64,000 nt of DNA from Myxococcota bacterium (GCA_040386535.1 JAZKFH010000013.1:1-64000), one strand, 5' to 3'; numbered from the stretch's first letter, positions 34,507 through 43,535 are shown. Notes: generated from the letters alone by a model not told the origin. Numbers and translations are program-made.

Positions 34507-35328
34507 ATGAGCGAGGAGGAGTGCCGGGTACCGCTAAGGGTGCTTCGATCGGCCGACTGGGCAGCGCTGGTCAAGAAATCGCCGCTCGCCGTCCACATCT
34601 GGCTTGTCCTCGACGCACTGTCCGACCAGGAGCGGGTCGCCGAGTGCTCCCAGTATCGTCTCGCGCGACTCGCCAACGGCTGGCGGCGCTCCGTGGTAGC
34701 CGCCATCGACCTCCTTCAAGCTCTCGGATGGCTTCGGGTTCTGGAGGCGCGGTACAGGACAACAACGGGCGAGACCGTGACGTGCTCTCGGGCAACGCGC
34801 CCTACTCCCCGCTCCACCCGCCTGCCCGACCGGTACGAGCTCTGCGCCGTCGTTTCACCGCGGCAAGGGGCCTACGCGCAGTTTCGCGGGTCCGTCCCGC
34901 TTCGCGCCCTGGTGTCGCCGGAGTGGGCGGCGCTTCGAGACCGTAGCGGTCAGGCCATGCACGTGCTGCTGGTGCTCGTGGGGTACGCCGCCCGCGGCGA
35001 GCCGGCGAGCGCGTCGAATGTGGCTCGGGAGTGCACCATCGCCCGACCCCGGTTCTGGGAAGCGATCAAGCTCCTCACTGAGGGCGCCGAGCCGTGGTTC
35101 GCGCGCGAACACGTCGCCTCCGTTGAGGGCGGATCGTCGGCAAACCGCTACCGGGCAGTGAGCGACCTCCTTCGCCCCGCAGGCCCAGAAGGGGCCCCGC
35201 AGGAGGCCGACGCCATCGAGGCAAGTCCGGAGGCGCTCCTCGCGCGCCTTCGCGCGATCCCGCCACAGGAGCGCGCTATCTACCTGCGAGTTCTGACGGA
35301 TCTCGGCGAGGCCTTGGCGGCGCCTTGA
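34507..35328 (+). CDS. tandem winged-helix protein (replication-initiator/regulator-like)
   Basis: Two similar units (VPLRVLRSADWAAL.../VPLRALVSPEWAAL...), each followed by HTH-like SQYRLARLA / SASNVAREC and a wing ending in RY; GGGAGG RBS. Confidence 0.65.
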   Translation: MSEEECRVPLRVLRSADWAALVKKSPLAVHIWLVLDALSDQERVAECSQYRLARLANGWRRSVVAAIDLLQALGWLRVLEARYRTTTGETVTCSRATRPTPRSTRLPDRYELCAVVSPRQGAYAQFRGSVPLRALVSPEWAALRDRSGQAMHVLLVLVGYAARGEPASASNVARECTIARPRFWEAIKLLTEGAEPWFAREHVASVEGGSSANRYRAVSDLLRPAGPEGAPQEADAIEASPEALLARLRAIPPQERAIYLRVLTDLGEALAAP

Positions 35329-35357
35329 TCCCGCGGCGCCAGATGTTCGCGGCCAGC

Positions 35358-36017
35358 TCACCCTGAGGCCAGTAGCGCCTCCGCCAAGGTCTCGACCGAG
35401 GCCTCCACCTTCCTCAGCCGCTGGATCACCGCGAGCAGTGCTCTCTCGTGCTCGTCGACTTTGGAGCGGCTGGCGTCCTCCCCTGACTCGGTGACTCGTC
35501 GCTCCACCGAAGCCGTTCGCCGGGCGAGTTGCACGGCGGCTTCCGCCAGCCGAGTGAGCGCTGCCTCGACCTTGCGGTGACGCTCATCGGCGGTCGCCTC
35601 GAGTCCCTCGATGGAGGACCAGACGCCCTGCGAAGGGTCCTTCCGATCGCGTCGGTCATTCATCACTTCCACGCGCAGGCGTTGTAGCTCCTCGCGCAAT
35701 GCGCGAACCCCACCCGCTGGCTGACGCCCCGAAGGCCGAGGCGCGATCCGGCGAACCACGCCAGACGGGACGCGGATCGTCGGCCGCGCGCTCGGTGGAG
35801 AGTCGGAGTCGGCGCCAGTCACGCCCAGCGGGGCCTCGTGGGCGGCTGCCGTCGTTTTTGCTGGCGAGGCACTTGCGGCCATTTGCCTCCGATCCCGGCT
35901 CGCCTGCGCCCGACACGCCGCGCTGCAGTACCGCGCGTCGGACCTCCGTGGCACGAACGACGCGCCGCAAGTCGCCTGAGCACACGCACCTGTTCGGCTT
36001 CCAAGCGCTGTCTCCAC
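35358..36017 (-). CDS. hypothetical protein with N-terminal Cys-rich (Zn-binding-like) motif and coiled-coil C-terminus
   Basis: CAQATCG...RSDARYCSAACR; coupled to the upstream XRE gene. Confidence 0.65.
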   Translation of the reverse strand: METALGSRTGACAQATCGASFVPRRSDARYCSAACRAQASRDRRQMAASASPAKTTAAAHEAPLGVTGADSDSPPSARPTIRVPSGVVRRIAPRPSGRQPAGGVRALREELQRLRVEVMNDRRDRKDPSQGVWSSIEGLEATADERHRKVEAALTRLAEAAVQLARRTASVERRVTESGEDASRSKVDEHERALLAVIQRLRKVEASVETLAEALLASG

Positions 36018-36018
36018 G

Positions 36019-36447
36019 CTACCTCCCCTTCCGGCCGACGGTCAGAACGGTGACCGGAACGATCGTAAAGCGCGGGCGCGATGCGTCGTAGATGCGCGCG
36101 ACCACCTGGTCAACCGCGACGTGGTCCATCGGCGTCTCGTGAGGAAGGACGGCGCGGTTCACGACCGAGACGCCGCGGTCACGCAAGACGCGCGCGGCAT
36201 CATCCATCAGCGTGAGCAGGCCTCCGGCGTTCTCGATCACGTCACGGCCGCGGAGTGTCTCCCCCATGTCGAAGAGCAGCCTGAACGTGGGGGTGGTCTT
36301 TCCCATCTCCAGCTGGCTCAGGGCAGGCGGCGAGATCCGCAGCAGCCCCGCGAGCTCCGCCTGACTGCAACGCGCTGCCCGCCGCACGACGACGAGGCAC
36401 CTCCCGAACAAGGTGGCGGTGTCCACGGTGAGCGCGTCGTCGTCCAT
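36019..36447 (-). CDS. XRE-family HTH regulator, divergent from xis/int
   Basis: SQAELAGLLRISPPALSQLEMGKTTPT. Confidence 0.8.
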   Translation of the reverse strand: MDDDALTVDTATLFGRCLVVVRRAARCSQAELAGLLRISPPALSQLEMGKTTPTFRLLFDMGETLRGRDVIENAGGLLTLMDDAARVLRDRGVSVVNRAVLPHETPMDHVAVDQVVARIYDASRPRFTIVPVTVLTVGRKGR

Positions 36448-36510
36448 TATTTTCTCGTAACTCGTGAAGCTTGACTTAATCCATGAAGCCGGGCTTAAGT
36501 GCACGTGCAC
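36448..36510. promoter_or_regulatory. AT-rich divergent control region of the element
   Basis: TTGACT at 36471; inverted pair ACTTAA (36474) / TTAAGT (36495); 12-bp palindrome GTGCACGTGCAC at 36499-36510. Confidence 0.5.
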
Positions 36511-36728
36511 CTGAAACGCGTCGCCCTCCCACTACCCGATCCGAACCCGATGCCCCACAAACCCCTTCGTCCCCCGTCATCTTCGGATGTGGCTCCGCGT
36601 GCGGGTCCGTGTTCGCGTGCGGGTGCGCCTGCCGGTGCGGATCAACACCGCTGGCATCGTCGCCGAGGCGCGGCGTCGCGTGCGCCAGCCCTGCGCATCC
36701 GCCCGCCGGGCGCGTCTTTGGGCGCCGA

Positions 36729-37154
36729 ATGACCCCGCAGGCCCCGAGCTCCCATCCCCTCAGCGTCAAAGAAACGGCCGAGTTCCTCGGCGTCTGCTGT
36801 CGCACCATCTACAACCTCGTCGACCGCGGGGAGCTCCCGTTCTTCCGCGCCGGCAAGACCATCCGCTTCCGAAAGCCCACCCTCGAAGCCTGGATCCAAG
36901 CACAGGAGAATCATGCCCCCCTATCAGCGCGAGAACGGCCAGTGGTACAGCAACTTCTGGGCGCCGGACCCGGAGAAGCCGGGAAGCCGCCGCCGATACC
37001 GCCAGCCGCTTGGCATCGTCCCCACAAAAAAGGCGGCGGAGGTCGCGGAGAGGCAGCTCCGCGCGCAGATCGAGGCGCAGGCCGCCGGGGCACCGACGTC
37101 GTCCCACCCGGCGCCCTCCCCTTCCGCAAGCCCAAGCCGTCCAGCGAACCCTGA
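36729..37154 (+). CDS. excisionase-like HTH_17 protein
   Basis: LSVKETAEFLGVCCRTIYNLVDRGELPFFRAGKTIRF...LEAWI; directly upstream of and overlapping the integrase. Confidence 0.8.
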   Translation: MTPQAPSSHPLSVKETAEFLGVCCRTIYNLVDRGELPFFRAGKTIRFRKPTLEAWIQAQENHAPLSARERPVVQQLLGAGPGEAGKPPPIPPAAWHRPHKKGGGGRGEAAPRADRGAGRRGTDVVPPGALPFRKPKPSSEP

Positions 37155-38226
37155 GCTCCCGAGCGCCTCGTTCTCGGGCCTCGCGGCGAAGTGGCTGGAG
37201 GTGGCGATCGCTCCGAAGCGGAAGCCGAAGACCTACCAGTTCTACGAGTACATCTGCCGCGTCTGGCTCGTGCCCTACTTCGGAGACCGGGAGGCGAGCA
37301 GCATCACGCCAGTCGATGTGGAGGCGCTCCAGGCCTACGTCGCCAAGACGCCGCGCAAGAAGAACAACGACGACGGCGAGAAGGCCCCGCCCGGCCCGAA
37401 GACCAACAACGAGATCCTCGGGTGCCTCTCGTCCATGCTCGCCACCGCGAAGCGCTGGCGCTACCTGCACTCGAACCCCTGCGACGACGTGGGCCGCATG
37501 TCGGTGCCTCGGGCGAAGCTCGCCTTCTACAACGCCCAGGACGCCGCACGGTGGCTGACCACCTGCGAGCGGCTTGAACCCGACTGGTACGGCTTCTTCC
37601 TCACCGGCTTCCGCACGGGCCTCCGCGAGGGCGAGCTCTTCGCGCTTCGTGTCGAGGACGTGGATCTGAACGCGCGGAGGCTCACCGTCCGCAGCACCTA
37701 CGGCGCCGCCGCGCGCCGGCACGAGACGACCGGCCAGGCAATTCCCGTCCACGTCGAGGGCACGACGAAGTCCGGCCACGACCGCACGGTCGGCATCAGC
37801 CCGATGCTCGGCGAGGTGCTCCGCGCACACATCGGCATGCGTAAGGTCGGCCTCGTGTTCTCACGGGCCGCGCGGGAAGACGGCGACGCGCACCTTCGCC
37901 TCTCCAACATCCTCGGGCCGTGGCGACGCGTGACCGCCGCCGCGAAGCTCCCCGCGTACACCATCCACGCTATGCGCCACAGCTTCGCGAGCCAGCTGGT
38001 GATGGCGAGCGTGCCGCTCTCCCACGTGCAGGCCCTGCTGGGCCACTCGACCATCAAGATGACCGAGCGCTACGCCCATCTCGCACCCGGCTTCGCGTCG
38101 GGACACGTGGACGTTCTGGACACAATCCCGGTCACACCCGGGAGGCCGAGCTCCACGAGTGGAGCTTCAAGGCCTGGAAAAGTGGTGGGCGTTACTGGAT
38201 TTGAACCAGTGGCTCCTACCGTGTGA
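36913..38226 (+). CDS. tyrosine recombinase / phage-type integrase
   Basis: TGLREGEL (R), TTKSG (K), HAMRHSFAS (HxxR), LLGHSTIKMTERY (H, Y); AGGAGA RBS. Confidence 0.95.
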   Translation: MPPYQRENGQWYSNFWAPDPEKPGSRRRYRQPLGIVPTKKAAEVAERQLRAQIEAQAAGAPTSSHPAPSPSASPSRPANPELPSASFSGLAAKWLEVAIAPKRKPKTYQFYEYICRVWLVPYFGDREASSITPVDVEALQAYVAKTPRKKNNDDGEKAPPGPKTNNEILGCLSSMLATAKRWRYLHSNPCDDVGRMSVPRAKLAFYNAQDAARWLTTCERLEPDWYGFFLTGFRTGLREGELFALRVEDVDLNARRLTVRSTYGAAARRHETTGQAIPVHVEGTTKSGHDRTVGISPMLGEVLRAHIGMRKVGLVFSRAAREDGDAHLRLSNILGPWRRVTAAAKLPAYTIHAMRHSFASQLVMASVPLSHVQALLGHSTIKMTERYAHLAPGFASGHVDVLDTIPVTPGRPSSTSGASRPGKVVGVTGFEPVAPTV

Positions 38227-38257
38227 AGGTAGTACTCTACCGCTGAGTTAAACGCCC
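38183..38257 (-). tRNA. tRNA-Val (anticodon CAC)
   Basis: Minus strand GGGCGTTTAACTCAGCGGTAGAGTACTACCTTCACACGGTAGGAGCCACTGGTTCAAATCCAGTAACGCCCACCA folds as a cloverleaf; anticodon stem CTACC/GGTAG; encoded CCA. Confidence 0.96.
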
Positions 38258-38275
38258 TTTTCGACGAACGCAGCC

Positions 38276-38303
38276 CTATTAACAAGCCCACGGAACACGT
38301 CAA
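38276..38303 (-). promoter_or_regulatory. putative sigma70 promoter of the tRNA
   Basis: TTGACG, then TGTTAATA about 20 nt upstream of the tRNA; -10 element imperfect. Confidence 0.45.
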
Positions 38304-38369
38304 GGCACTTCCTCAACCGTCCTCTCGGAACGCCGCCCCCGGCCCCGGCGCGCCACGATAAGCCCGCGC

Positions 38370-39338
38370 ATGCCCGACTGCGAAGTTCAGGTTCACGGCG
38401 CCGGATGGGCGGGGCTCGCCATCACGAAGGGGCTCAGGGACGCCGGCGTCAACGTGCGCCTCGTCGATCCGGCGGGCGCGCTCGGCGGGGCCTCGGGCCG
38501 ATCGTTGGGGCTCGTGCTCCCGATGCACCCCGAGCACCCCCACCGCCTCGAAGCCGGCATCGGCACCGCCGGGGCCGCCGCCCTCGTGGACTTCATCCGC
38601 GCGGGGCTCGACCAGCTCCCCGGCCTCGCGCGCGTCGGGGTGGATTGGCGGGCGTCGCCCCAGGAGGAGGGGGAGCTCGACCTCGCGCTCGCCGCGGCGG
38701 CCCGCATCGGGGTCGGCGCGATGCGGATCCCCGGCGGCTACCACCTCCACGACGGCGGCGTGGTGGATCTCGCGGTGCTCCACGCCACGTTGGCAGGCCC
38801 AGAAGTGCACGCCGAGGCGGTAACGGCCGAGATCGACGTGTACGCGACCGGCGCCGTCGCGCTCGATCCCTTCCTCGCCGACAAGATCACGCCCGTCCGG
38901 TGGCAGTCGGTCCACTTCGACGCGGGCCCGTTGCTCGCCATCCCGGTGGTGTCGCAACACGCCACTGTTTTCTGGACCGGCGGGCCTGATGGCCTCGATG
39001 CCGCGGGCGCCCGCTGGGCCACCCCCCACATGGAGGTCGGCGAGACGGTGGCCGAGCCCGAGCCCCGCGTCACCACCATGCTCGAGCGCCTCACGCGCCA
39101 GGCGTTTCCCGAGGCGGGCGCGCTCGTGGGGGCCCGCGCGGCGATCGTGGGCGAGAGCTGCGACGGGCTGCCGATCGTAGGGCCCATCCCCGGGCGGCCG
39201 CGGGCCATCGTGTGCACCGGCTTCGGCGTCGCGGGGCTGGCGTACGCGTTGCCGTGCGCGCGCGCGGTGGTCGACGGCATCCTCGGGCGGCCGACCCGCG
39301 GGGTTCCCGCGCCGCTGCGCGTTACACGCTTCGGGTAG
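38370..39338 (+). CDS. FAD-dependent oxidoreductase (DAO family)
   Basis: GAGWAG, GASGRS, DGLPIVG, TGFG motifs. Confidence 0.8.
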   Translation: MPDCEVQVHGAGWAGLAITKGLRDAGVNVRLVDPAGALGGASGRSLGLVLPMHPEHPHRLEAGIGTAGAAALVDFIRAGLDQLPGLARVGVDWRASPQEEGELDLALAAAARIGVGAMRIPGGYHLHDGGVVDLAVLHATLAGPEVHAEAVTAEIDVYATGAVALDPFLADKITPVRWQSVHFDAGPLLAIPVVSQHATVFWTGGPDGLDAAGARWATPHMEVGETVAEPEPRVTTMLERLTRQAFPEAGALVGARAAIVGESCDGLPIVGPIPGRPRAIVCTGFGVAGLAYALPCARAVVDGILGRPTRGVPAPLRVTRFG

Positions 39339-39347
39339 AGGAAAGCC

Positions 39348-39962
39348 GTGCCCGCCCCGCCCTCGTTCCGGCTCGACACCCTGTCGGTCCACCTCGTCAG
39401 CCGCCTCGAGGCCACCCGACGCGCCCACCTCGACACGCCCGACGCCGCGCGCGCCGCGTTCGCCCGCGTCGTCGAGGAGTCCGCGTCCGCGCTCGCCCGA
39501 GAGTGCCGCGACGTGCTGGGGGACGAGGAGCAGGCGCGCCTCCTCGAACGCGAGTCCCGGGAGACCTTCCTGCCCCGCTACACGCGGATGGCCCTCGCCC
39601 AGAACCGGGTCGAGGCCCGCGGCTTCGGCGGCCCGTTCGGGGATGGCCCCTTCGCCCGCATCGTCGCCACCGTGCTCGCCGTCGCCATCGCGGCCGTAGG
39701 CGCCCGCTTCCTGCCGCCGATCGCGGAGGGGCTGTTGTTCCTCATGGCCTTCATCACGCCGATCGCGCCCGAGCTCCGCGTCGCGTGGACCCGCCGCGCG
39801 TGGTCGAAGGAGCTCCAGGAGCTCGCGGATGATCTCGGCCGCCTCCAGGACGCCGCCGAGACGCTCCCCGAATTCCCGCGCACCGCCTCGGCCGCCACGC
39901 CCGTCGACACCACGCCCACCGACGCCACGCCAGTCAAGCCCCGCAGCAAGGAGGCCAACTGA
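39348..39962 (+). CDS. hypothetical membrane protein (2 TM)
   Basis: Two hydrophobic segments; stop overlaps the start of the SPFH gene. Confidence 0.7.
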   Translation: MPAPPSFRLDTLSVHLVSRLEATRRAHLDTPDAARAAFARVVEESASALARECRDVLGDEEQARLLERESRETFLPRYTRMALAQNRVEARGFGGPFGDGPFARIVATVLAVAIAAVGARFLPPIAEGLLFLMAFITPIAPELRVAWTRRAWSKELQELADDLGRLQDAAETLPEFPRTASAATPVDTTPTDATPVKPRSKEAN

Positions 39963-41014
39963 TGGCCGACGGTCCCAAGCTCGTGTCGATCCCCAAGGTG
40001 CGCATCCCGATGGGGCTGGGCGGCCCGCTCCGGTGGGTGCTGATCGCGGCGGGCGCGCTCGTCCTGCTGCTCATCCTCTCGAGCACGTTCACGCTCTACG
40101 TGAAGCCGCACGAGCTCGCCGTCCGCCAGGTGCTGTTCGGGCCCGACCAGGGCATCGAGAAGGCGGTGTACGGCCCCGGCCTGCACGTCGTGGTGCCCGG
40201 CTACGAGAAGTACCACGTGTTCCCACGCAACATGCAGATCCTCGAGTTCAACGACGAGGTGATGCAGGCCAGCGCGGAGTCCACGCAGGCGCCGAGCATC
40301 AACATCCAGACCTCCGAGGGCTACCGCGTCGTCGTCGACGTGACGATCGCCTACCGCATCGTCGATCCGTACGAGGTCCTCACGCGGGTCGGTCCCGGCC
40401 GCCTCTACGAGACCTCCCTGGTGCGCCCGCGGGCGGATCCGGTGCTCCGCCAGAAGCTCGGCGAGCTCGGCGCCGAGCAGTTCTACGAGGGCGCGTTGCG
40501 ACGCCAGAAGGCGCTCGAGGTGCGCGACATCCTCGGCAAGGAGCTCGAAGGGTCGGGCATCCAGGTGTGGAGCGTCATGGTGCGGCACTACCGCTACGAC
40601 GAGCGCTACCAGGAGGCGATCGAGCAGCGCAAGATCCAGGACCAGATGGTCTTCAAGAACCGCGCCGAGGCCGCCGCCGCCGTCGAGGAGGCCGAGAAGA
40701 ACCGGGTCCTCGCGGAGGGGCGCGCCATCGTCGACGTGGAGACCGAGCGCGGCATGGCCGAGGTGGTCAAGATCCGCGCCGACTACGAGCTCTACTCCCG
40801 CAAGCGCGGCGCCGAGGGGGATCTGCTGGTCGAGCTGGCCCGCGCCGAGGCCAAGCGCCTCGAGAACGACGCGCTCTCCGCCGCCGGCGCGTCCAACGTG
40901 GTCGGGCTCAAGATGGCCGACGCGCTCATCAACACCCAGGTCATCATCGTCCCGACGGACGGTGCGAGCGGCGTGAACCCGCTCGACCTCGACCGCTTGA
41001 TCCAGGGGTGGTGA
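39962..41014 (+). CDS. SPFH/band-7 domain protein
   Basis: N-terminal TM, GPGLHVVVPG, VDVTIAYRI, coiled-coil C-terminus. Confidence 0.88.
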   Translation: MADGPKLVSIPKVRIPMGLGGPLRWVLIAAGALVLLLILSSTFTLYVKPHELAVRQVLFGPDQGIEKAVYGPGLHVVVPGYEKYHVFPRNMQILEFNDEVMQASAESTQAPSINIQTSEGYRVVVDVTIAYRIVDPYEVLTRVGPGRLYETSLVRPRADPVLRQKLGELGAEQFYEGALRRQKALEVRDILGKELEGSGIQVWSVMVRHYRYDERYQEAIEQRKIQDQMVFKNRAEAAAAVEEAEKNRVLAEGRAIVDVETERGMAEVVKIRADYELYSRKRGAEGDLLVELARAEAKRLENDALSAAGASNVVGLKMADALINTQVIIVPTDGASGVNPLDLDRLIQGW

Positions 41015-41016
41015 GC

Positions 41017-42039
41017 ATGCGCTCTCTCTTCGCCGCCGTCCTCGCCCTCGCCCTGCCCGGCTGCCTCCCCCACGACACCGGCTCCACCGAGGTCGGCATC
41101 CGCACCGCCAAGGTCGGCTTCATCGAGCCCGCCGGCGTGGTGAAGGACGTGTACCCCTCCGGCGGCACGTTCTTCTTCGCGCCGTTCATCAACGACTGGC
41201 ACGTGTTCGACATCCGCCTGCAGAACCTCGCGATGACCCGCCACGCGGCGGGCTCCGGCTCGGGGGACGACTCCCTCCACTTCAAGACGCACGACGGCAA
41301 CGACATCTCCGTCGATGTCACCGTCGCCTGGCACATCGATCCCGCCAAGGTCGTCTACATCCTCCAGTTCATCGGCCCGGACAACCAGGCGGTCGAGCAG
41401 CAGCTGGTCCGCCCCGTGGCCCGCACCGTCCTGCGCGATCTCCTGAACGAGCTGCGCTCCGAGCAGTACTACGACGCGTCGATCCGCTTCGCGAAGGCCG
41501 AGCTCGCGCGCCAGGCGTGCAACCACTACCTCGGGCCCGAGGGCGTCATCGTCGACCAGGTGCTGCTCGGCGAGCACAAGTTCAACCCCGCCTACGAGCA
41601 GGTCATCAAGGACAAGACGGTCGCCGAGCAGGAGGCCGCGCGGCTGCGTTCGGAGAGCGAGGCCGCGCGCGAGCAGCGGCGGCGCGAGCTCGAGGTCGCC
41701 AAGGGTGAGGTCAGCATGACCATCGAGCAGGCCCGCGGCGAGGCCACCAAGCGCCAGCTGACTGCCGATGCGACCTACTTCGCCAAGCAGCGCGAGGCCG
41801 AGGCCATGCTCGCCGAGGCGCGCGCGAAGGCAGAGGGCCTCAAGGCCCAGGCCAAGGCGATGTCGGGCACCGGCGGCCGCAACATGGTGAAGCTCCAGGT
41901 CGCCGAGGCCCTCAAGGGCAAGCCCATCGTGTTCATGCCGGCCGGTGGCGGGTCCGACCTTCGCACCACCAACATGAACCAGCTGCTCGAACACTTCGGC
42001 GCCCTCGCGGTCGCGGGCAAGGACGTGCCGGTCCCGTGA
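41017..42039 (+). CDS. second SPFH/band-7 domain protein, lipoprotein-like signal (LPGC)
   Basis: KTHDGNDISVDVTVAW, coiled coil; ATG 2 nt after the previous stop. Confidence 0.85.
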   Translation: MRSLFAAVLALALPGCLPHDTGSTEVGIRTAKVGFIEPAGVVKDVYPSGGTFFFAPFINDWHVFDIRLQNLAMTRHAAGSGSGDDSLHFKTHDGNDISVDVTVAWHIDPAKVVYILQFIGPDNQAVEQQLVRPVARTVLRDLLNELRSEQYYDASIRFAKAELARQACNHYLGPEGVIVDQVLLGEHKFNPAYEQVIKDKTVAEQEAARLRSESEAAREQRRRELEVAKGEVSMTIEQARGEATKRQLTADATYFAKQREAEAMLAEARAKAEGLKAQAKAMSGTGGRNMVKLQVAEALKGKPIVFMPAGGGSDLRTTNMNQLLEHFGALAVAGKDVPVP

Positions 42040-42509
42040 GCCGCCCGCCGCCCGCGCGCTGGCTGTTCTCCGATCGCGGCGCCGCCGTGCGCATCGCGGT
42101 CGCGCTGGCCCTGATCGCGGCGCTGGGCGGCTACTACGCGTGGTGGGCGCTGCAGGCCGAGAGCGGCTGGCGCTGGGCGATGGAGGCCCCCGCCGCGCGC
42201 GACGGCGCCCCGATGGTCTTCCCGCTGTGGACCGTCACCGCCATCACCGGCCCCGATCGCTACGAGATCTCCAAGGTGGTCCAGGGCGTCCCGCTAGTCG
42301 GCCCCGCGGAGGACCTCGTGGTGGGCGACACCGTTTCCGTGCTTGGACACTTCGATGCATCCGGGCCCGCCGTCCGTGTCGAGGTGCGCGAGCATCATGT
42401 GCTGCGCAAGTACAAGGAAGCGCTGGGTATCTTCGGCTTCGTGATGGTGTTCCTCGCGGCCCCCTTCGCGTTCCGCATCGAGGGGCGGCGGCTGGTGCAG
42501 CGTGGCTGA
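42036..42509 (+). CDS. hypothetical membrane protein
   Basis: N- and C-terminal TM segments; overlapping start/stop with both neighbours. Confidence 0.7.
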   Translation: MSRPPPARWLFSDRGAAVRIAVALALIAALGGYYAWWALQAESGWRWAMEAPAARDGAPMVFPLWTVTAITGPDRYEISKVVQGVPLVGPAEDLVVGDTVSVLGHFDASGPAVRVEVREHHVLRKYKEALGIFGFVMVFLAAPFAFRIEGRRLVQRG

Positions 42510-43095
42510 TCTCGTCACCCACACGTGCGTGGCCGTACTCGCGAAGGTGCTCCCTGGCCGCCCGAACGTCGCCCTCTTCGTGCTCGGCACGTGCCTGCCC
42601 GATCTGCTCGCCCGCGTCCCCAGCATGGGCCTGACCTGGCTGCGGTGGTCGGTGCCCGCGATTCCGGAGTGGCTGATCCACGTCTGGGTGCCGTTCCACA
42701 TGCCGGTCGGCATGCTCCTGTCCTCATTCGTGCTGGCGTTCCTCTTCCCCGAGAGAGGCCGCGGCGTCGTCTTTTCGAACCTGCTCGGCGGCGCGATCCT
42801 GCACCTCGCCGTCGATGTGCTCCAGCGCCACCTCGGTGTAGGCTACCTGCTGTTCTTCCCGTTCTCGTGGTGGGACTTCGAGCTCGGCTGGATCGGCAGC
42901 GAGGACACCGTCCGCATCGTGCCGGTACTCGTGCCGCTGACGATGGCGGCCGTCGTGTGGCGGCGGCGTCGTGATCGGGGTTTACGCTCTTGGGGCGGGG
43001 GGAGCCCCCCGCAACGCCCCCCGAGGCACGCAGCGCTGAACCCTGACGAGAGGGGAGGGGAGCCCCGTGATTCACGAGGCTCCCCCACGCACTAG
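42502..43095 (+). CDS. membrane-bound metal-dependent hydrolase (YdjM-like)
   Basis: N-terminal TH, LPDL, FH, HLAVD motifs with TM helices. Confidence 0.7.
   Translation: MADLVTHTCVAVLAKVLPGRPNVALFVLGTCLPDLLARVPSMGLTWLRWSVPAIPEWLIHVWVPFHMPVGMLLSSFVLAFLFPERGRGVVFSNLLGGAILHLAVDVLQRHLGVGYLLFFPFSWWDFELGWIGSEDTVRIVPVLVPLTMAAVVWRRRRDRGLRSWGGGSPPQRPPRHAALNPDERGGEPRDSRGSPTH
42988..43027 (+). repeat. REP-like GC-rich repeat, family A copy 1
   Basis: TCTTGGGGCGGGGGGAGCCCCCCGCAACGCCCC is nearly identical to the reverse complement of 51346-51384. Confidence 0.7.
43057..43085. terminator. stem-loop at the junction of convergent genes
   Basis: GGGGAGCC-c-CGTGA-t-TCACG-a-GGCTCCCC immediately after the ssb stop. 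Confidence 0.55.
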
Positions 43096-43535
43096 AACGG
43101 GATCTGCTCCTCCACGTCCTCCGCCTGCTCCGGCGTGATCGGCACCGCCCTGGCGGAACCCGCCGAGGCCGCGTGCATCGCGCCCTCGTTGCTCGACGCG
43201 CCCCGGTGCTTGCCGTTGAGCCAGAGCACGCGGTCGATCACCAGATCGATCTCGTGGTGGACCACGTTGTCCTTGTCGGTCCACTTGCGCGGGCGGATCG
43301 CGCACTCGACCGCGAGCACGTCACCCTTGCGGGCGTAGGTGGCGATGAAGTCGGCCGTCTTGTCCCAGCCGGTCAGGCGGTGCCAGTCCGGCGTCTCCAC
43401 CCACTCGTCGCCGACCTTGCGCGCGTTGGGGGTGGCGAGGGACACCTTCACGAGCACCTTGCCGTTGGCGGTGGTGCGCAGCTCGGGGTCCTGGCCGATA
43501 TTGCCGATGAGATACGCCTTGTTGAGACCCTTCAT
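43092..43535 (-). CDS. ssb: single-stranded DNA-binding protein
   Basis: LNKAYLIGNIGQDPELR, WHR, C-terminal IPF. Confidence 0.93.
   Translation of the reverse strand: MKGLNKAYLIGNIGQDPELRTTANGKVLVKVSLATPNARKVGDEWVETPDWHRLTGWDKTADFIATYARKGDVLAVECAIRPRKWTDKDNVVHHEIDLVIDRVLWLNGKHRGASSNEGAMHAASAGSARAVPITPEQAEDVEEQIPF

Larger units (their letters stand above)
1..38257. mobile_element. tRNA-Val-integrated genomic (defence) island; left boundary uncertain, at or beyond the window start
   Basis: Tyrosine integrase and excisionase abut the tRNA 3' end. Cargo is defence genes (BREX, AIPR, STAND NTPases). Housekeeping genes resume immediately right of the tRNA. Confidence 0.85.

Noticed and set aside
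36587..36660. RVRVRVRV-encoding dipeptide repeat ORF
   Set aside because: Short GC-rich low-complexity stretch; its frame runs out of phase through xis/int, with no support as a gene.
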